Assembly (NCBI GenBank): GCA_023248875.1
Contig: JAHFDT010000003.1
Span: 1-59,248, forward strand
DNA length: 59,248 nt
Reading direction: 5' to 3'
DNA from: Myxococcales bacterium
Lineage (GTDB): Bacteria > Myxococcota_A > Polyangia > Palsa-1104 > SHYY01
Part shown: positions 25,759-35,486 of the stretch, piece by piece
How positions within the stretch are numbered: the first letter of the stretch is position 1
How the letters are laid out: every line of letters starts with the position of its first letter
Notes under the pieces: generated by a model
Told to the model about the DNA's origin: nothing
What the model saw: only the letters and a program-made list of their open reading frames with translations
The model's database searches: none
Position numbers and translations under genes: made by a program

Positions 25759-27983
25759 GAACGCTGGCGATGACCCTGTTGGTGTCGACGATGGCGGCGG
25801 CGGCCGAGGTGCGAATTCGTATCGCCGTCCACCACGAGGGCTACTATCGCGTGACCCAGCCCGAGCTCGTGGCAGCGGGGCTCGATCCCACGGTCGACCC
25901 ACGCAAGCTGAGCCTCTTTGTCGACGGTGCCGAGCAGGCGATGCGGGTGTTGGGCGAAGCGGACGGCCGCCTCGACCCGGCCGACGCGGTGGAATTTTAT
26001 GGCACCGGCATCGATAGCCCCTTTAGTGATCGCCACATCTATTGGCTATCCATCAGTGACCCGCCCAGTCTGCGCATCGCCGAGCACTCCAACGATGGCT
26101 CAGGCGCTGCCATCACCAGCTTTTCCCACCGGATCGAGCGCCGCGTGCGCTCCTGGTATTTCGCCGGCCTTCTCAATGGCGAGGCATCCAATTTCTTTGA
26201 AGCTCCCACGGGAAAATGGCCCCTCGACGAGCCGATCGACATTTCCCATCTCGATGACAAGAGCGGCGCCTCGCTGCAGGTCATCCTGCAGGGCGTGACG
26301 ACCGCTCAGCACCATCTTTTGGTGAGTCTCAATGGGCTCGCCATCGCGGAAATGCACTTTGCCGGGCAGGCGCAGTCTACGCTCGACGTGGCGCTCACAG
26401 CGGGCAAGCTTCAAGAGGGCACCAATCTCGTGACCCTCACGCCGCTCGAGGATTCAAAGGCCATCCACGCGGCGGTGGAGCGCATTCGTATCGGCTATTC
26501 GCACACCCTGGCGGTCGATGGCGCGGTACAGCCACTTGGGGCCCCCGGGGGCGCGCAGGTGGCGCTGCATGGTTTTTCCAGCGATGCCATCCACGTGCTC
26601 GATGTCACCGATCCGAAGGCGCATACGGAGCTCGCGGCCCAGATCCTGGCCGAGGGCAAGAGTTTTGCAGCGACAGTGCAGCCGGGAGGCACCGGGATGC
26701 GCCGGCTGTTCGCTTACCAAGGGAAGGCGGTGAGCCACCCGCTCGAAGTGCGCGCGGTTCACTCCAGCGATTGGCTCCATACCGGGCGTGCCGAGCTGGT
26801 GATCATTACGCACCGCGATTTCTATACCGCCGCGGAGGCGCTAGCCAATCTGCGGCGCGGGCAAGGTTGGCAGGTGGCGCTCATCGACGTCGACGAGATC
26901 TTCAACGAGCTCAACGGCGGGCAGCGCGATCCGCTGGCGATCAAGCAGCTGCTGGAAACGGCCTGGAAGAGCTGGGCGGTGCGGCCGCGGTTTGCCCTTC
27001 TCATCGGCGATGCTAGCGTCGATCCGCGCAATTTCCTCGGCAAAGGATCGTTTGATTTCGTCCCGACCCAATTGCTTGATGCGCGCAGCTCCGGGGTGGC
27101 GATGGAGACTGCTTCGGACGACTGGTTCGGTGATTTCGATGGCGATGGGCTGGCCGAAGTGATGGTTGGACGCCTGCCCGTGCGCACCGCGACCGAGGCG
27201 GAGCACGTGCTCCAGAAGATCATCGGCTACGGCTGGGCGGGGGACGATGACTCGTGGCGCAAGCGGGCGCTCTTCATCGCCGATGAAAAGCTCGGCTACG
27301 ATTTCGAGGACCAGGCCCATCGCGCGGAGAAGCGTCTTCCCGCGGGCTTCGAGGCCCTGGAGGTGTTTGCTGGGCAGCAGGGCAAACTGCAGCGCGAGGC
27401 CATCGTCGCCGCGATCAATCAGGGCGCGCTGCTGGTCAACTACTCGGGCCATGGCGCTCAGGGGCAGTGGAGCGATTTTTTCAAGAACGCCGACATTATG
27501 GGGCTGACCAATGGCGCCCGCCTGCCGGTATTTTTCAACATGACGTGCCTCAACGGGATGTTTCACGACGCGCTTTTCGGCGATGTCCTCGCGGAGGCGC
27601 TGCTCAAGGCGCCCAGTGGCGGTGCGGTGGCGGTGATCGCCTCGTCCATGTTGCTCGATGCCGGCCCCCAAGATCAGTTGAACCAGGGGTTGGTCGAGCA
27701 GTTCGGCAAGGCGTCGCTCGGCGAAGTGCTGCGGTATGGCAAGAGCACGACCACCGATGGCGATACGCGAAATACCTACCTCCTGTTCGGCGATCCATCG
27801 CTGTTTGGCCAACCCCTCGCACCGCAGCCCCAACCTGACATGGGTTCGCCGATGCCCGATGGGGGAATGGGGGGCATGATGGGTGGATGCGGGGTGGGTT
27901 TGCATCGCCCTGCCGCAGCGGGGGGGCTAGCCATCGCCGGCCTGCTACTCCTCGCGCTGTGCCGACGTATGCTACTTTTCTAG
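25755..27983 (+). CDS. Secreted C25 (gingipain-like) cysteine peptidase with MYXO-CTERM-type tail
   Basis: Signal peptide; GYYRVT N-domain; LIGD, SDDWF, GRLP, NYSGHG (His), MTCLNG (Cys), LFGDP; GCGVG...LLLLALCRR. Confidence 0.87.
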   Translation: MRTLAMTLLVSTMAAAAEVRIRIAVHHEGYYRVTQPELVAAGLDPTVDPRKLSLFVDGAEQAMRVLGEADGRLDPADAVEFYGTGIDSPFSDRHIYWLSISDPPSLRIAEHSNDGSGAAITSFSHRIERRVRSWYFAGLLNGEASNFFEAPTGKWPLDEPIDISHLDDKSGASLQVILQGVTTAQHHLLVSLNGLAIAEMHFAGQAQSTLDVALTAGKLQEGTNLVTLTPLEDSKAIHAAVERIRIGYSHTLAVDGAVQPLGAPGGAQVALHGFSSDAIHVLDVTDPKAHTELAAQILAEGKSFAATVQPGGTGMRRLFAYQGKAVSHPLEVRAVHSSDWLHTGRAELVIITHRDFYTAAEALANLRRGQGWQVALIDVDEIFNELNGGQRDPLAIKQLLETAWKSWAVRPRFALLIGDASVDPRNFLGKGSFDFVPTQLLDARSSGVAMETASDDWFGDFDGDGLAEVMVGRLPVRTATEAEHVLQKIIGYGWAGDDDSWRKRALFIADEKLGYDFEDQAHRAEKRLPAGFEALEVFAGQQGKLQREAIVAAINQGALLVNYSGHGAQGQWSDFFKNADIMGLTNGARLPVFFNMTCLNGMFHDALFGDVLAEALLKAPSGGAVAVIASSMLLDAGPQDQLNQGLVEQFGKASLGEVLRYGKSTTTDGDTRNTYLLFGDPSLFGQPLAPQPQPDMGSPMPDGGMGGMMGGCGVGLHRPAAAGGLAIAGLLLLALCRRMLLF

Positions 27984-27986
27984 GAC

Positions 27987-28919
27987 ATGGCGATCCCCAC
28001 CTATTTAATGTCCTACCCGGCCGCGCAGTGGTCGATCCGTGGGGCGGCCAACTTTCGTTCGCAGGCGCGTAGCACCACCAGCCCCCGTCGCGCCTTTCGC
28101 GAATGGCTGACGCTCGCCGATGCCATCCTGCGCGCCGGCGGCCCCATTCTCGTGATGCCGCCGGCGGCGACTGAAACCCCGTTGACCGGGATGATCTACA
28201 CCGCCAACCTCGGCCACCTATTTCGCGACCAGTTTCTACTGTCCAACATGTCGGTCGCGCATCGCCGGGCCGAGCGCGACATCGTCCGCTCCTTTATGGA
28301 AAAGGCGGGTGTTTCGACTCGGGACGCCTCGGCCGAATGGGAGGGCCAGGCCGAACTGCAGTGGCTCGGCGGAAATCGTTTTGTGGCTACCTACGGGGTC
28401 CGCTCGGCACGCGAGAGTGTGGCCGAGCTGCGACCGCTCTTGCCGCCCAATACGAAGCTCCTCGAGCTCCAGATCCGTGACCCCTTCTTTCATGGCGATA
28501 CCTGCTTGAATCCGATCACCAACCGCGCAGGCGATCTCGTCCTGTTGGCGCACGGCAGTGCGTTCATCGGTGCGACGCTCGAAACGCTGCGCGACTTTCT
28601 TGGTTCGACGGGGGAGGTGGTGGCACTCGACGAAGGGGACACGCTGGCCTACGCCTGCAACGCGCTATGCGTGGGCGGTACGCTGCTCATGCCCTCGGGG
28701 GTCTCCGCCTCGCTCCGCGGGCAGCTGGTGCGCCGGGGTTTTGTGCTCGAAGAGCTGGAGCTCCCCGAGCTCTTCGGCAAGGGTGGTGGCGGACCACGCT
28801 GTCTGGTCAACGAGCTGCGCGGCCTCGTGCTAAACCCGGGTGCGCCCTCCTATGCGGAGCTGCGCGACGAGCTTTACAAACTGGTCGAAAGCTATCCGGA
28901 AGGGGCGCTAAACGCTTGA
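27987..28919 (+). CDS. Amidinotransferase / dimethylarginine dimethylaminohydrolase family protein
   Basis: MIYTAN, WEGQAE, FFHGDT, ACNAL, KGGGGPRCL. Confidence 0.8.
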   Translation: MAIPTYLMSYPAAQWSIRGAANFRSQARSTTSPRRAFREWLTLADAILRAGGPILVMPPAATETPLTGMIYTANLGHLFRDQFLLSNMSVAHRRAERDIVRSFMEKAGVSTRDASAEWEGQAELQWLGGNRFVATYGVRSARESVAELRPLLPPNTKLLELQIRDPFFHGDTCLNPITNRAGDLVLLAHGSAFIGATLETLRDFLGSTGEVVALDEGDTLAYACNALCVGGTLLMPSGVSASLRGQLVRRGFVLEELELPELFGKGGGGPRCLVNELRGLVLNPGAPSYAELRDELYKLVESYPEGALNA

Positions 28920-28943
28920 CACCCCATGAGCTTCCGATATAGT
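28916..28943 (+). promoter_or_regulatory. Sigma70-type promoter of the motor operon
   Basis: TTGACA 28916-28921, 16-bp spacer, TATAGT 28938-28943. Confidence 0.65.
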
Positions 28944-29012
28944 TGCTGCCTCAAAGTATCGCAGGCAAAAGTGACACAGACCTAGCGGCTCACCCCGCCG
29001 TGGAGGGAGGAC

Positions 29013-29663
29013 ATGCAGGGACTTGCCGAGTTTATCGAGAAGGGCGGGTTTTTTATGTACCTCAACTTGGTCTGCTCGGCGGCCACGTTGGCAATCATCG
29101 TCGAGCGGATCATCTTTTTCCTCGGGAAAGGCTCCGTGAATGCGCGGGCCTTCCTCGAGCAGATCCGCAAGCTGGTGATGGCCAATAACGTCGACCGCGC
29201 GGTCAAGCTCTGCTCAGCGACCGAAGCGCCGGTGGCGCGGGTGGCCAAAGCGGGGCTCTCCCGACTCTCGAAGGGGGAAGCGGCGGTAGCGACCGCGATC
29301 GAAGAGATGATGGTCGACGTGATGCCGGAGCTCAAGAAGCGGATCCAGGCGCTCTGGTCGGTCGCCAACATCGCGACGCTGCTCGGCCTGCTGGGGACGA
29401 TCACCGGTCTGATCCGATCGTTTGCCGCGGTCGGTTCGGCCAGTCCGGAGATGCGCTCGAAGATGCTCTCCGACGGCATCGCTGAGGCCATGCACAACAC
29501 CGCGATGGGTCTGGGCATCGCGGTATTGTGCATGATCGGGCACGTGTTCCTTTCTGCCGCGTCCAAGAAGCAGCAGAGCGAGCTCGAGGCTTTCTCCATG
29601 AAACTCGAGAACATGCTGGCCGACACTGCGCACGCGGCGCCCGGCCAGCTCCAGGCTCGGTAG
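29013..29663 (+). CDS. MotA/TolQ/ExbB proton channel (AglR-like)
   Basis: IIVER, ATLLGLLGTITGLI, GIAEAMHNTAMGL. Confidence 0.92.
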   Translation: MQGLAEFIEKGGFFMYLNLVCSAATLAIIVERIIFFLGKGSVNARAFLEQIRKLVMANNVDRAVKLCSATEAPVARVAKAGLSRLSKGEAAVATAIEEMMVDVMPELKKRIQALWSVANIATLLGLLGTITGLIRSFAAVGSASPEMRSKMLSDGIAEAMHNTAMGLGIAVLCMIGHVFLSAASKKQQSELEAFSMKLENMLADTAHAAPGQLQAR

Positions 29664-29675
29664 GCGGAGGCGCAG

Positions 29676-30254
29676 GTGACCGCCGGCAAGCTTCGCGCGA
29701 AAATGCGCAAGCTGCGCGAAGATTTCGAGGATGAGGAGATGGAGAACGGCGAGCTCAACCTCGTCCCCTATCTCGACATCGTCACCAACGTGATCATGTT
29801 CCTCATGATGACGACCTCCTTTGCGGCAGCGCTCGCCAATATCAATGTGAGCGCACCGACGACCAGTTCGGCTGCCGCGGTGGCGGCTAACACCGAACCG
29901 GAACAGAAGCACAACGACCTCAATCTCACCGTGCAGATTTCCGATAAGGGATTTACCGTGGCGGCCGCGGGCGGGGTGCTCCACCGCAACGCGGTCCCTG
30001 GACACGAGAAGGATCCGCCGACTCTGCCGACGATTCCGAAGACCGCGCCCGACTACAACTACGCGGAGCTGACCAAGCTCATGCGGGCGATCAAGGAGGA
30101 TCCTGCCAACGACGCGTCGAAGGAAACCAAGGTGATCATCAACGCCAACCCGGAGATCACCTACGAGATGATCGTCGCGGCGATGGACGCGATTCGCAAC
30201 GATGGGGGCAAAGTGCTGTTTCCGGGAGTACTTCTCTCGGCAGGTGTAAACTAG
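29676..30254 (+). CDS. ExbD/TolR protein (AglQ-like)
   Basis: ELNLVPYLDIVTN TM with conserved Asp; ITYEMIVAAMDAIR. Confidence 0.9.
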   Translation: MTAGKLRAKMRKLREDFEDEEMENGELNLVPYLDIVTNVIMFLMMTTSFAAALANINVSAPTTSSAAAVAANTEPEQKHNDLNLTVQISDKGFTVAAAGGVLHRNAVPGHEKDPPTLPTIPKTAPDYNYAELTKLMRAIKEDPANDASKETKVIINANPEITYEMIVAAMDAIRNDGGKVLFPGVLLSAGVN

Positions 30255-30811
30255 TGGCCAAGGATCTTTCGCGCAAAGAGGCGCGGCGCCAGCTCGACAA
30301 GTTCAAGACCAAGATCGGCGACGCGGGCGAAGTGGGCCACCTCAATATCACCGCGATGATGGATATGATGTCCATCTTGCTGGTGTTCATGCTCAAGCAG
30401 TTCGCCGTGGCTCAAGCGTCGATGAACCTAGACCAGGGCCAATTGCAGCTGCCCAAGTCGAGTGCCGATCTCAAGCCGCCCCCTTCGGTGAACGTGACGG
30501 TGACCACCTCGGCGATCATCGTCGAAGGCGATGCGGTGGCGCCCGTGCGCGCTGGCGCAGTCGATCCCAGTACCAAGCGCGATGGTGCCAGCGGCTACTA
30601 CATCACCCCGCTGGTCGAGACGCTGCAGAAGCACGCCAACCGCCTCAAGAAACTGGAAGTGCTCACCCATGGCGGGTCCAAGTTCGAAGGGACGATGCTG
30701 ATGCTCGTCGACCGCTCCATCCCCTATCGCCTCTTGACGGAAGTCCTCTACTCGGCCGGCCAGGCCGAGTTTCGCAACTACAAGTTGGTCGTTCTTAGCA
30801 AAGCCGAGTAA
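30254..30811 (+). CDS. ExbD/TolR protein (AglS-like)
   Basis: LNITAMMDMMSILLVF; DRSIPYRLLTEVLYSAGQAEF. Confidence 0.9.
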   Translation: MAKDLSRKEARRQLDKFKTKIGDAGEVGHLNITAMMDMMSILLVFMLKQFAVAQASMNLDQGQLQLPKSSADLKPPPSVNVTVTTSAIIVEGDAVAPVRAGAVDPSTKRDGASGYYITPLVETLQKHANRLKKLEVLTHGGSKFEGTMLMLVDRSIPYRLLTEVLYSAGQAEFRNYKLVVLSKAE

Positions 30812-30868
30812 AGAGGGTTGCATCACTGCGACGCTGTTTATGACGGTGCTCATTCGGATTGATAGGAA

Positions 30869-30985
30869 GCGGTGCTCGGGCACGTTCAGCGCGAGTGCCC
30901 CCGGACCGAGGCCGAGGAGCATACTTTTTGTATGTGACGAGGCCGAGGGAGGAGGTAAGCCGCGATCAACGTGCCCGAGCACCGC
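30869..30985. repeat. Palindromic MITE/REP-like element
   Basis: 18-bp perfect inverted repeat GCGGTGCTCGGGCACGTT (30869-30886) / 30968-30985; central CATAC-N5-GTATG hairpin. Confidence 0.75.
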
Positions 30986-31103
30986 GTAAGTCTCGTCTCC
31001 CCGCTTGACGTCGTGGAGCCGAGCATGTTACGAGGCTGCGCCCGGCGGCGACGAGGGTAGGCCGCTCCGCTTGAGGCATTCCTATCGAGGAGGACTTCTG
31101 AAG

Positions 31104-33560
31104 ATGGCGTCGAAGATTCGTAGGATCGCTAGCTGTTTGGCCCTGTTGCCGCTGTTTTCTGGCGTCGCGCGCGCCGCGGAAGAGAAGCTCAAGATGCCTC
31201 CCCAGTTTTACGATGGCTCGGTCCAGTTCATGGGCGTCGACGGCCGGATGCTGCTGATGGCGGGGCTCGGCGTGTGCGCGCTGGGGTTGGTTTTTGGTCT
31301 TGTGATTTTCAATCAGCTCAAGAACATGCCCGTTCACCGCTCGATGCGCGAAATCTCCGAACTGATCTACGAAACCTGCAAGACTTACCTCATCACCCAG
31401 GCCAAGTTCATTCTGGTGCTCGAGGCCTTCATCGGCACCATCATCGTCATCTACTTTTATTTTCTGCAGCACATGTCGCTTGGCACCGTGGGCCTCATCG
31501 TGCTGTTCAGCCTCGTCGGCATCGCCGGCTCGATGGGCGTCGCCTGGTTCGGCATCCGTGTCAATACCTTCGCCAATTCGCGCACCGCCTTCGCCAGCTT
31601 GAAGGGCAAGCCGTTTCCTACCTACGCGATCCCGCTCAAGGCCGGCATGAGCATCGGCATGCTGCTCATCTCCGTCGAGCTCGTCATGATGCTTGCCATC
31701 ATGCTCTTTCTCCCCGATGTTGCCGGCGTCTGCTTTCTCGGCTTTGCCATCGGAGAGTCGCTCGGCGCTTCGGCGCTGCGCATCGCCGGCGGCATCTTTA
31801 CCAAGATCGCCGATATTGGCTCGGACCTGATGAAGATCGTCTTCAATATCAAAGAGGACGACGCGCGTAACCCCGGAGTCATCGCCGACTGCACCGGTGA
31901 CAACGCGGGCGATTCGGTAGGTCCCAGCGCCGACGGCTTCGAGACCTACGGCGTGACTGGCGTCGCGCTTATCACCTTCATTCTGCTCGCGCCCGGCCTC
32001 GAGGCGGTCAACCAGGTCAAGCTCCTGGTCTGGATCTTCTCGATGCGTATCATGATGATCGTTGCCAGCGGTGTCTCCTACCTCATCAACGAGATGCTGG
32101 CCAAGGCCAAGTATGGCAACGCCGACAAGATGAACTTCGAGCATCCGCTCACCTTTCTGGTGTGGCTGACCTCGATCGTTTCGGTCGGCATGACCTTCGT
32201 GGTCTCCTACTTCCTCATTCACGACCTCGGCGATCTCTGGTGGCAGCTTTCGGCCATCATCACTTGCGGCACGCTGGCGGGTGCCATCATCCCCGAGTTG
32301 ATCAAGGTCTTCACCTCGACTGAATCGGCCCATGTGAATGAGGTGGTCACCGCCTCACGTGAGGGTGGCGCTTCGCTCAACGTCCTGTCGGGTCTCACCG
32401 CTGGCAATTTTTCTGCCTACTGGATGGGCATCGTCATCGTCATTCTGATGGGCACAGCCTACGGGATCAGCACCCTGGGCCTGCACGATCTCCTGGGCGC
32501 CACCGCCTCCATGACTGCGCCGGTTCTGGCCTTCGGACTAGTCGCCTTCGGCTTCCTTGGAATGGGACCGGTCACCATCGCGGTCGACTCCTATGGTCCC
32601 GTGACCGACAACGCCCAGTCGGTCTACGAACTGTCGACCATTGAGACGCTTCCCAACATCAAAGAGGAGATCAAGAAGGAGTTTGGCTTCGACGTGAACT
32701 TCGATAAAGCCAAGCACTTTCTCGAAGAGAACGACGGCGCCGGCAACACCTTTAAAGCGACAGCGAAGCCGGTCTTGATCGGTACGGCAGTGGTCGGTGC
32801 CACCACCATGATCTTTTCGATCGTGATGGCGCTCACCAACGGTCTCACCGGCGATCTCTCTGGATTGTCGATGCTACATCCACCGTTTTTGCTGGGTCTC
32901 ATCACCGGCGGCGCGGTGATTTACTGGTTCACCGGCGCCACCATACAGGCGGTGTCGACTGGCGCTTACCGCGCGGTCGAGTTCATCAAGGCCAACATCA
33001 AGCTCGAAGGGGCCGAGAAGGCTTCGATCAGCGACAGTAAGAAGGTGGTGGCCATCTGCACGCAGTATGCGCAGAAGGGCATGTTCAATATTTTCCTCAC
33101 GATTTTCTTCTCGACGCTGGCCTTCGCCTGTCTGGAGCCCTACTTCTTTGTCGGCTACCTCATCTCGATCGCTTTGTTCGGCCTTTACCAGGCGATTTTT
33201 ATGGCCAACGCCGGTGGCGCCTGGGACAACGCCAAGAAGGTGGTCGAGGTCGAGCTCAAGGAGAAGGGCTCGCCGCTCCACGCCGCCTGTGTGGTCGGCG
33301 ACACCGTGGGTGATCCCTTCAAGGACACCTCATCGGTGGCAATGAACCCGGTCATCAAGTTTACGACCCTGTTCGGCCTTCTTGCCGTCGAGCTCGCGCA
33401 CCAGCTGAGCGAACAGGGGCTCACCCACGTATCGCGCTCGATTTCAGCGGTGCTATTCCTCGTATCACTGGTGTTCGTGTGGCGCTCATTTTACGGCATG
33501 CGGATCCAGTCGGAGAGCGCCAAGGAGACGACGGCCATCGCTGCCAAAGCATCGACCTGA
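31104..33560 (+). CDS. hppA: Membrane ion-translocating pyrophosphatase, K+-independent signature
   Basis: GGIFTKIADIGSDL, EDDARNP, DNAGD, DSYGPVTDNA, GNTFKA, GGAWDNAKK, GDTVGDPFKDTS. Confidence 0.95.
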   Translation: MASKIRRIASCLALLPLFSGVARAAEEKLKMPPQFYDGSVQFMGVDGRMLLMAGLGVCALGLVFGLVIFNQLKNMPVHRSMREISELIYETCKTYLITQAKFILVLEAFIGTIIVIYFYFLQHMSLGTVGLIVLFSLVGIAGSMGVAWFGIRVNTFANSRTAFASLKGKPFPTYAIPLKAGMSIGMLLISVELVMMLAIMLFLPDVAGVCFLGFAIGESLGASALRIAGGIFTKIADIGSDLMKIVFNIKEDDARNPGVIADCTGDNAGDSVGPSADGFETYGVTGVALITFILLAPGLEAVNQVKLLVWIFSMRIMMIVASGVSYLINEMLAKAKYGNADKMNFEHPLTFLVWLTSIVSVGMTFVVSYFLIHDLGDLWWQLSAIITCGTLAGAIIPELIKVFTSTESAHVNEVVTASREGGASLNVLSGLTAGNFSAYWMGIVIVILMGTAYGISTLGLHDLLGATASMTAPVLAFGLVAFGFLGMGPVTIAVDSYGPVTDNAQSVYELSTIETLPNIKEEIKKEFGFDVNFDKAKHFLEENDGAGNTFKATAKPVLIGTAVVGATTMIFSIVMALTNGLTGDLSGLSMLHPPFLLGLITGGAVIYWFTGATIQAVSTGAYRAVEFIKANIKLEGAEKASISDSKKVVAICTQYAQKGMFNIFLTIFFSTLAFACLEPYFFVGYLISIALFGLYQAIFMANAGGAWDNAKKVVEVELKEKGSPLHAACVVGDTVGDPFKDTSSVAMNPVIKFTTLFGLLAVELAHQLSEQGLTHVSRSISAVLFLVSLVFVWRSFYGMRIQSESAKETTAIAAKAST

Positions 33561-33577
33561 CTTGCACTTTGTGGGTT

Positions 33578-34306
33578 CTATCTATCGGGTCTTAAATAGG
33601 CGAGAGCAGGGAGGATGAACGGGCACACGGCCGCAATCAGTAGGCCGCCCGAGAGGACCCCCAACGCTGGAAAATAGCCAGCGGCAGTCAAGGCGACCGT
33701 CATCGCACCGGTCGTGCCGAGCAGCACTACACCCCAGGTGCGGCCGCGCAGCACTCCGCTGAGCCCGAGCGCCGCCAGGCCCAGCAGTGCCGCGGTTTCG
33801 CCATCCGGTCGCGGCGCCAGTGCCCACATGATCATCGTCGGCAGTCCGCTCGCTGCACGCGTTACCGAGCGCTGCAGCTTGAGGGCGCCACGGTCGTCGA
33901 GCTTCCAGCGCTGGCGCCATTCGGTCCGTGCGTCATACTGCGCCGCCATTTTTTCGCCCAGCAGGCATAGCGCCACCAGCCCGTGCATGACGCCGAATAC
34001 CACCATGGGCGTGTGCAGCTCGTGCGTGGCGACGATGGACATCCCGGTGATCGTCAGCCCCGAATAGCCTAGACCGATCGCAAACCAGCGACCCCAGAAC
34101 CAGCCCGCCGCGACCGCAAAAAAGCCGATCCCGTAGCAGGCGCCGAGGCCGAAGAAGCAGGGCGCCCACTCCGGCAGCTGGATGCCGACGATGAGACCCA
34201 TCAACGTAAAAAGGGTGGCGTAGAAGCTGAGACACAGCAGTGCCACCGCCCGCCGCTCTCCGACTAGGTCAATTTTGGATAGTTGGGCGAGCTGTGGCAG
34301 GTTCAT
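33578..34306 (-). CDS. Hypothetical multi-pass membrane protein
   Basis: Several hydrophobic segments; GAGGAG RBS upstream of ATG. Confidence 0.75.
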   Translation of the reverse strand: MNLPQLAQLSKIDLVGERRAVALLCLSFYATLFTLMGLIVGIQLPEWAPCFFGLGACYGIGFFAVAAGWFWGRWFAIGLGYSGLTITGMSIVATHELHTPMVVFGVMHGLVALCLLGEKMAAQYDARTEWRQRWKLDDRGALKLQRSVTRAASGLPTMIMWALAPRPDGETAALLGLAALGLSGVLRGRTWGVVLLGTTGAMTVALTAAGYFPALGVLSGGLLIAAVCPFILPALAYLRPDR

Positions 34307-34398
34307 CGACGAACTCCTCAGTTGATTATACGCCGAAAACCACCGCGTCGCGCTCCGCTCGGTCGTGTCGAGTCAGGCCGTAAAAGGCCGTAAAAGGC

Positions 34399-34427
34399 TT
34401 GACACCGCCCCAGCCGCTCGGTAGATT
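34399..34427 (+). promoter_or_regulatory. Sigma70 promoter of rpsP operon
   Basis: TTGACA 34399-34404, 17-bp spacer, TAGATT 34422-34427. Confidence 0.7.
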
Positions 34428-34472
34428 CCCCGTCCTTCCGAGTATATCGACAGATTTGGAGGCATCAGCACC

Positions 34473-34730
34473 ATGGCGGTACATCTCAGACTCTCCCGGC
34501 TTGGCGGCAAGAAGACCCCGTTCTATCGTGTGGTTGCGGCTGATTCGCATTCGCCCCGCGACGGGCGTTTTATCGAGCACATCGGCGTCTACGATCCACG
34601 CACTACGCCCGTGCAGATCAAGTTCGATGAGCCGCGCCTCGGTCACTGGCTATCGGTGGGCGCCCAGCCGTCGGTGACGGTGAAGGAGCTCATCAAGGTG
34701 TCGCGCAAGGCCGCACCCGCTGCCAAGTAG
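34473..34730 (+). CDS. rpsP: 30S ribosomal protein S16
   Basis: [33 protein letters not shown]. Confidence 0.97.
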   Translation: MAVHLRLSRLGGKKTPFYRVVAADSHSPRDGRFIEHIGVYDPRTTPVQIKFDEPRLGHWLSVGAQPSVTVKELIKVSRKAAPAAK

Positions 34731-34734
34731 TTCC

Positions 34735-34989
34735 GTGAGCGCTCAAGACACCGCGGCCTTGAAGGAATTGGTTCGCTTCATGGCGACCCAGCTGGTCGAT
34801 CATCCCGATGACCTCGAGGTGACCGACGTCCAAGAGGGCGATACCACCGTCTTCGAACTCGATGTCGCCGACGATGACCTCGGCAAGGTGATCGGTAAGC
34901 AGGGCCGCACGGCTCGGGCGATGCGCACTTTGCTTTCGGCCGCAGCCTCGCGTACTCGCCGGCGCGTGTCGCTCGAAATCCTCGAATAG
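34735..34989 (+). CDS. khpA: KH-domain RNA-binding protein
   Basis: DLGKVIGKQGRTARAMR; between rpsP and rimM. Confidence 0.92.
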   Translation: MSAQDTAALKELVRFMATQLVDHPDDLEVTDVQEGDTTVFELDVADDDLGKVIGKQGRTARAMRTLLSAAASRTRRRVSLEILE

Positions 34990-34997
34990 CCGCACGC

Positions 34998-35486
34998 ATG
35001 GAGGTCGTGAAAGTGGGGTATGTGGTGCGTGCCCACGGCCTACGCGGCCAGCTCCGGGTGCACTCCGATTCGGTGCTCTTGCGCATCGCTCGACAGGTTT
35101 TCGTCGCCGAGCGGGAGTATGAGGTGGTGGCGGCCCAGCCCCTCGCAAAGGGCTACTTGCTGAAGCTGCAAGGCGTCGACGATCGCGACCAGGCCGCCCG
35201 GCTCCAGGGGACCACCGTCTCGCTACCGCGGGAGCAGCTTCCACCCCTCGAAAGTGGAGAGGTCTACGTAGCCGATCTCACCGGCTGCCAGCTCGTGGAT
35301 CTCGGCGGAATCGCGATCGGTGAGGTCCAGGGTACGCAGAACACCGGCGCGCAAGAGCTGCTGGTGGTGGCTCTGCCGTCAGGGCGCGAGGCGCTGGTGC
35401 CGCTGGTCGAGCCGATCGTTCAGTCGATCGATCTCGCCGCCCGGCGCATCGTGTGCGATCTCCCGGAAGGGCTACTCGAACTATGA
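34998..35486 (+). CDS. rimM: Ribosome maturation factor RimM
   Basis: AHGLRG, YVADLTG, TGAQELL, PEGLL. Confidence 0.93.
   Translation: MEVVKVGYVVRAHGLRGQLRVHSDSVLLRIARQVFVAEREYEVVAAQPLAKGYLLKLQGVDDRDQAARLQGTTVSLPREQLPPLESGEVYVADLTGCQLVDLGGIAIGEVQGTQNTGAQELLVVALPSGREALVPLVEPIVQSIDLAARRIVCDLPEGLLEL

Noticed and set aside
29013-30811. Gene symbols aglR/aglQ/aglS
   Set aside because: Myxobacteria carry several paralogous TolQ/R/R sets; orthology needs a phylogeny.
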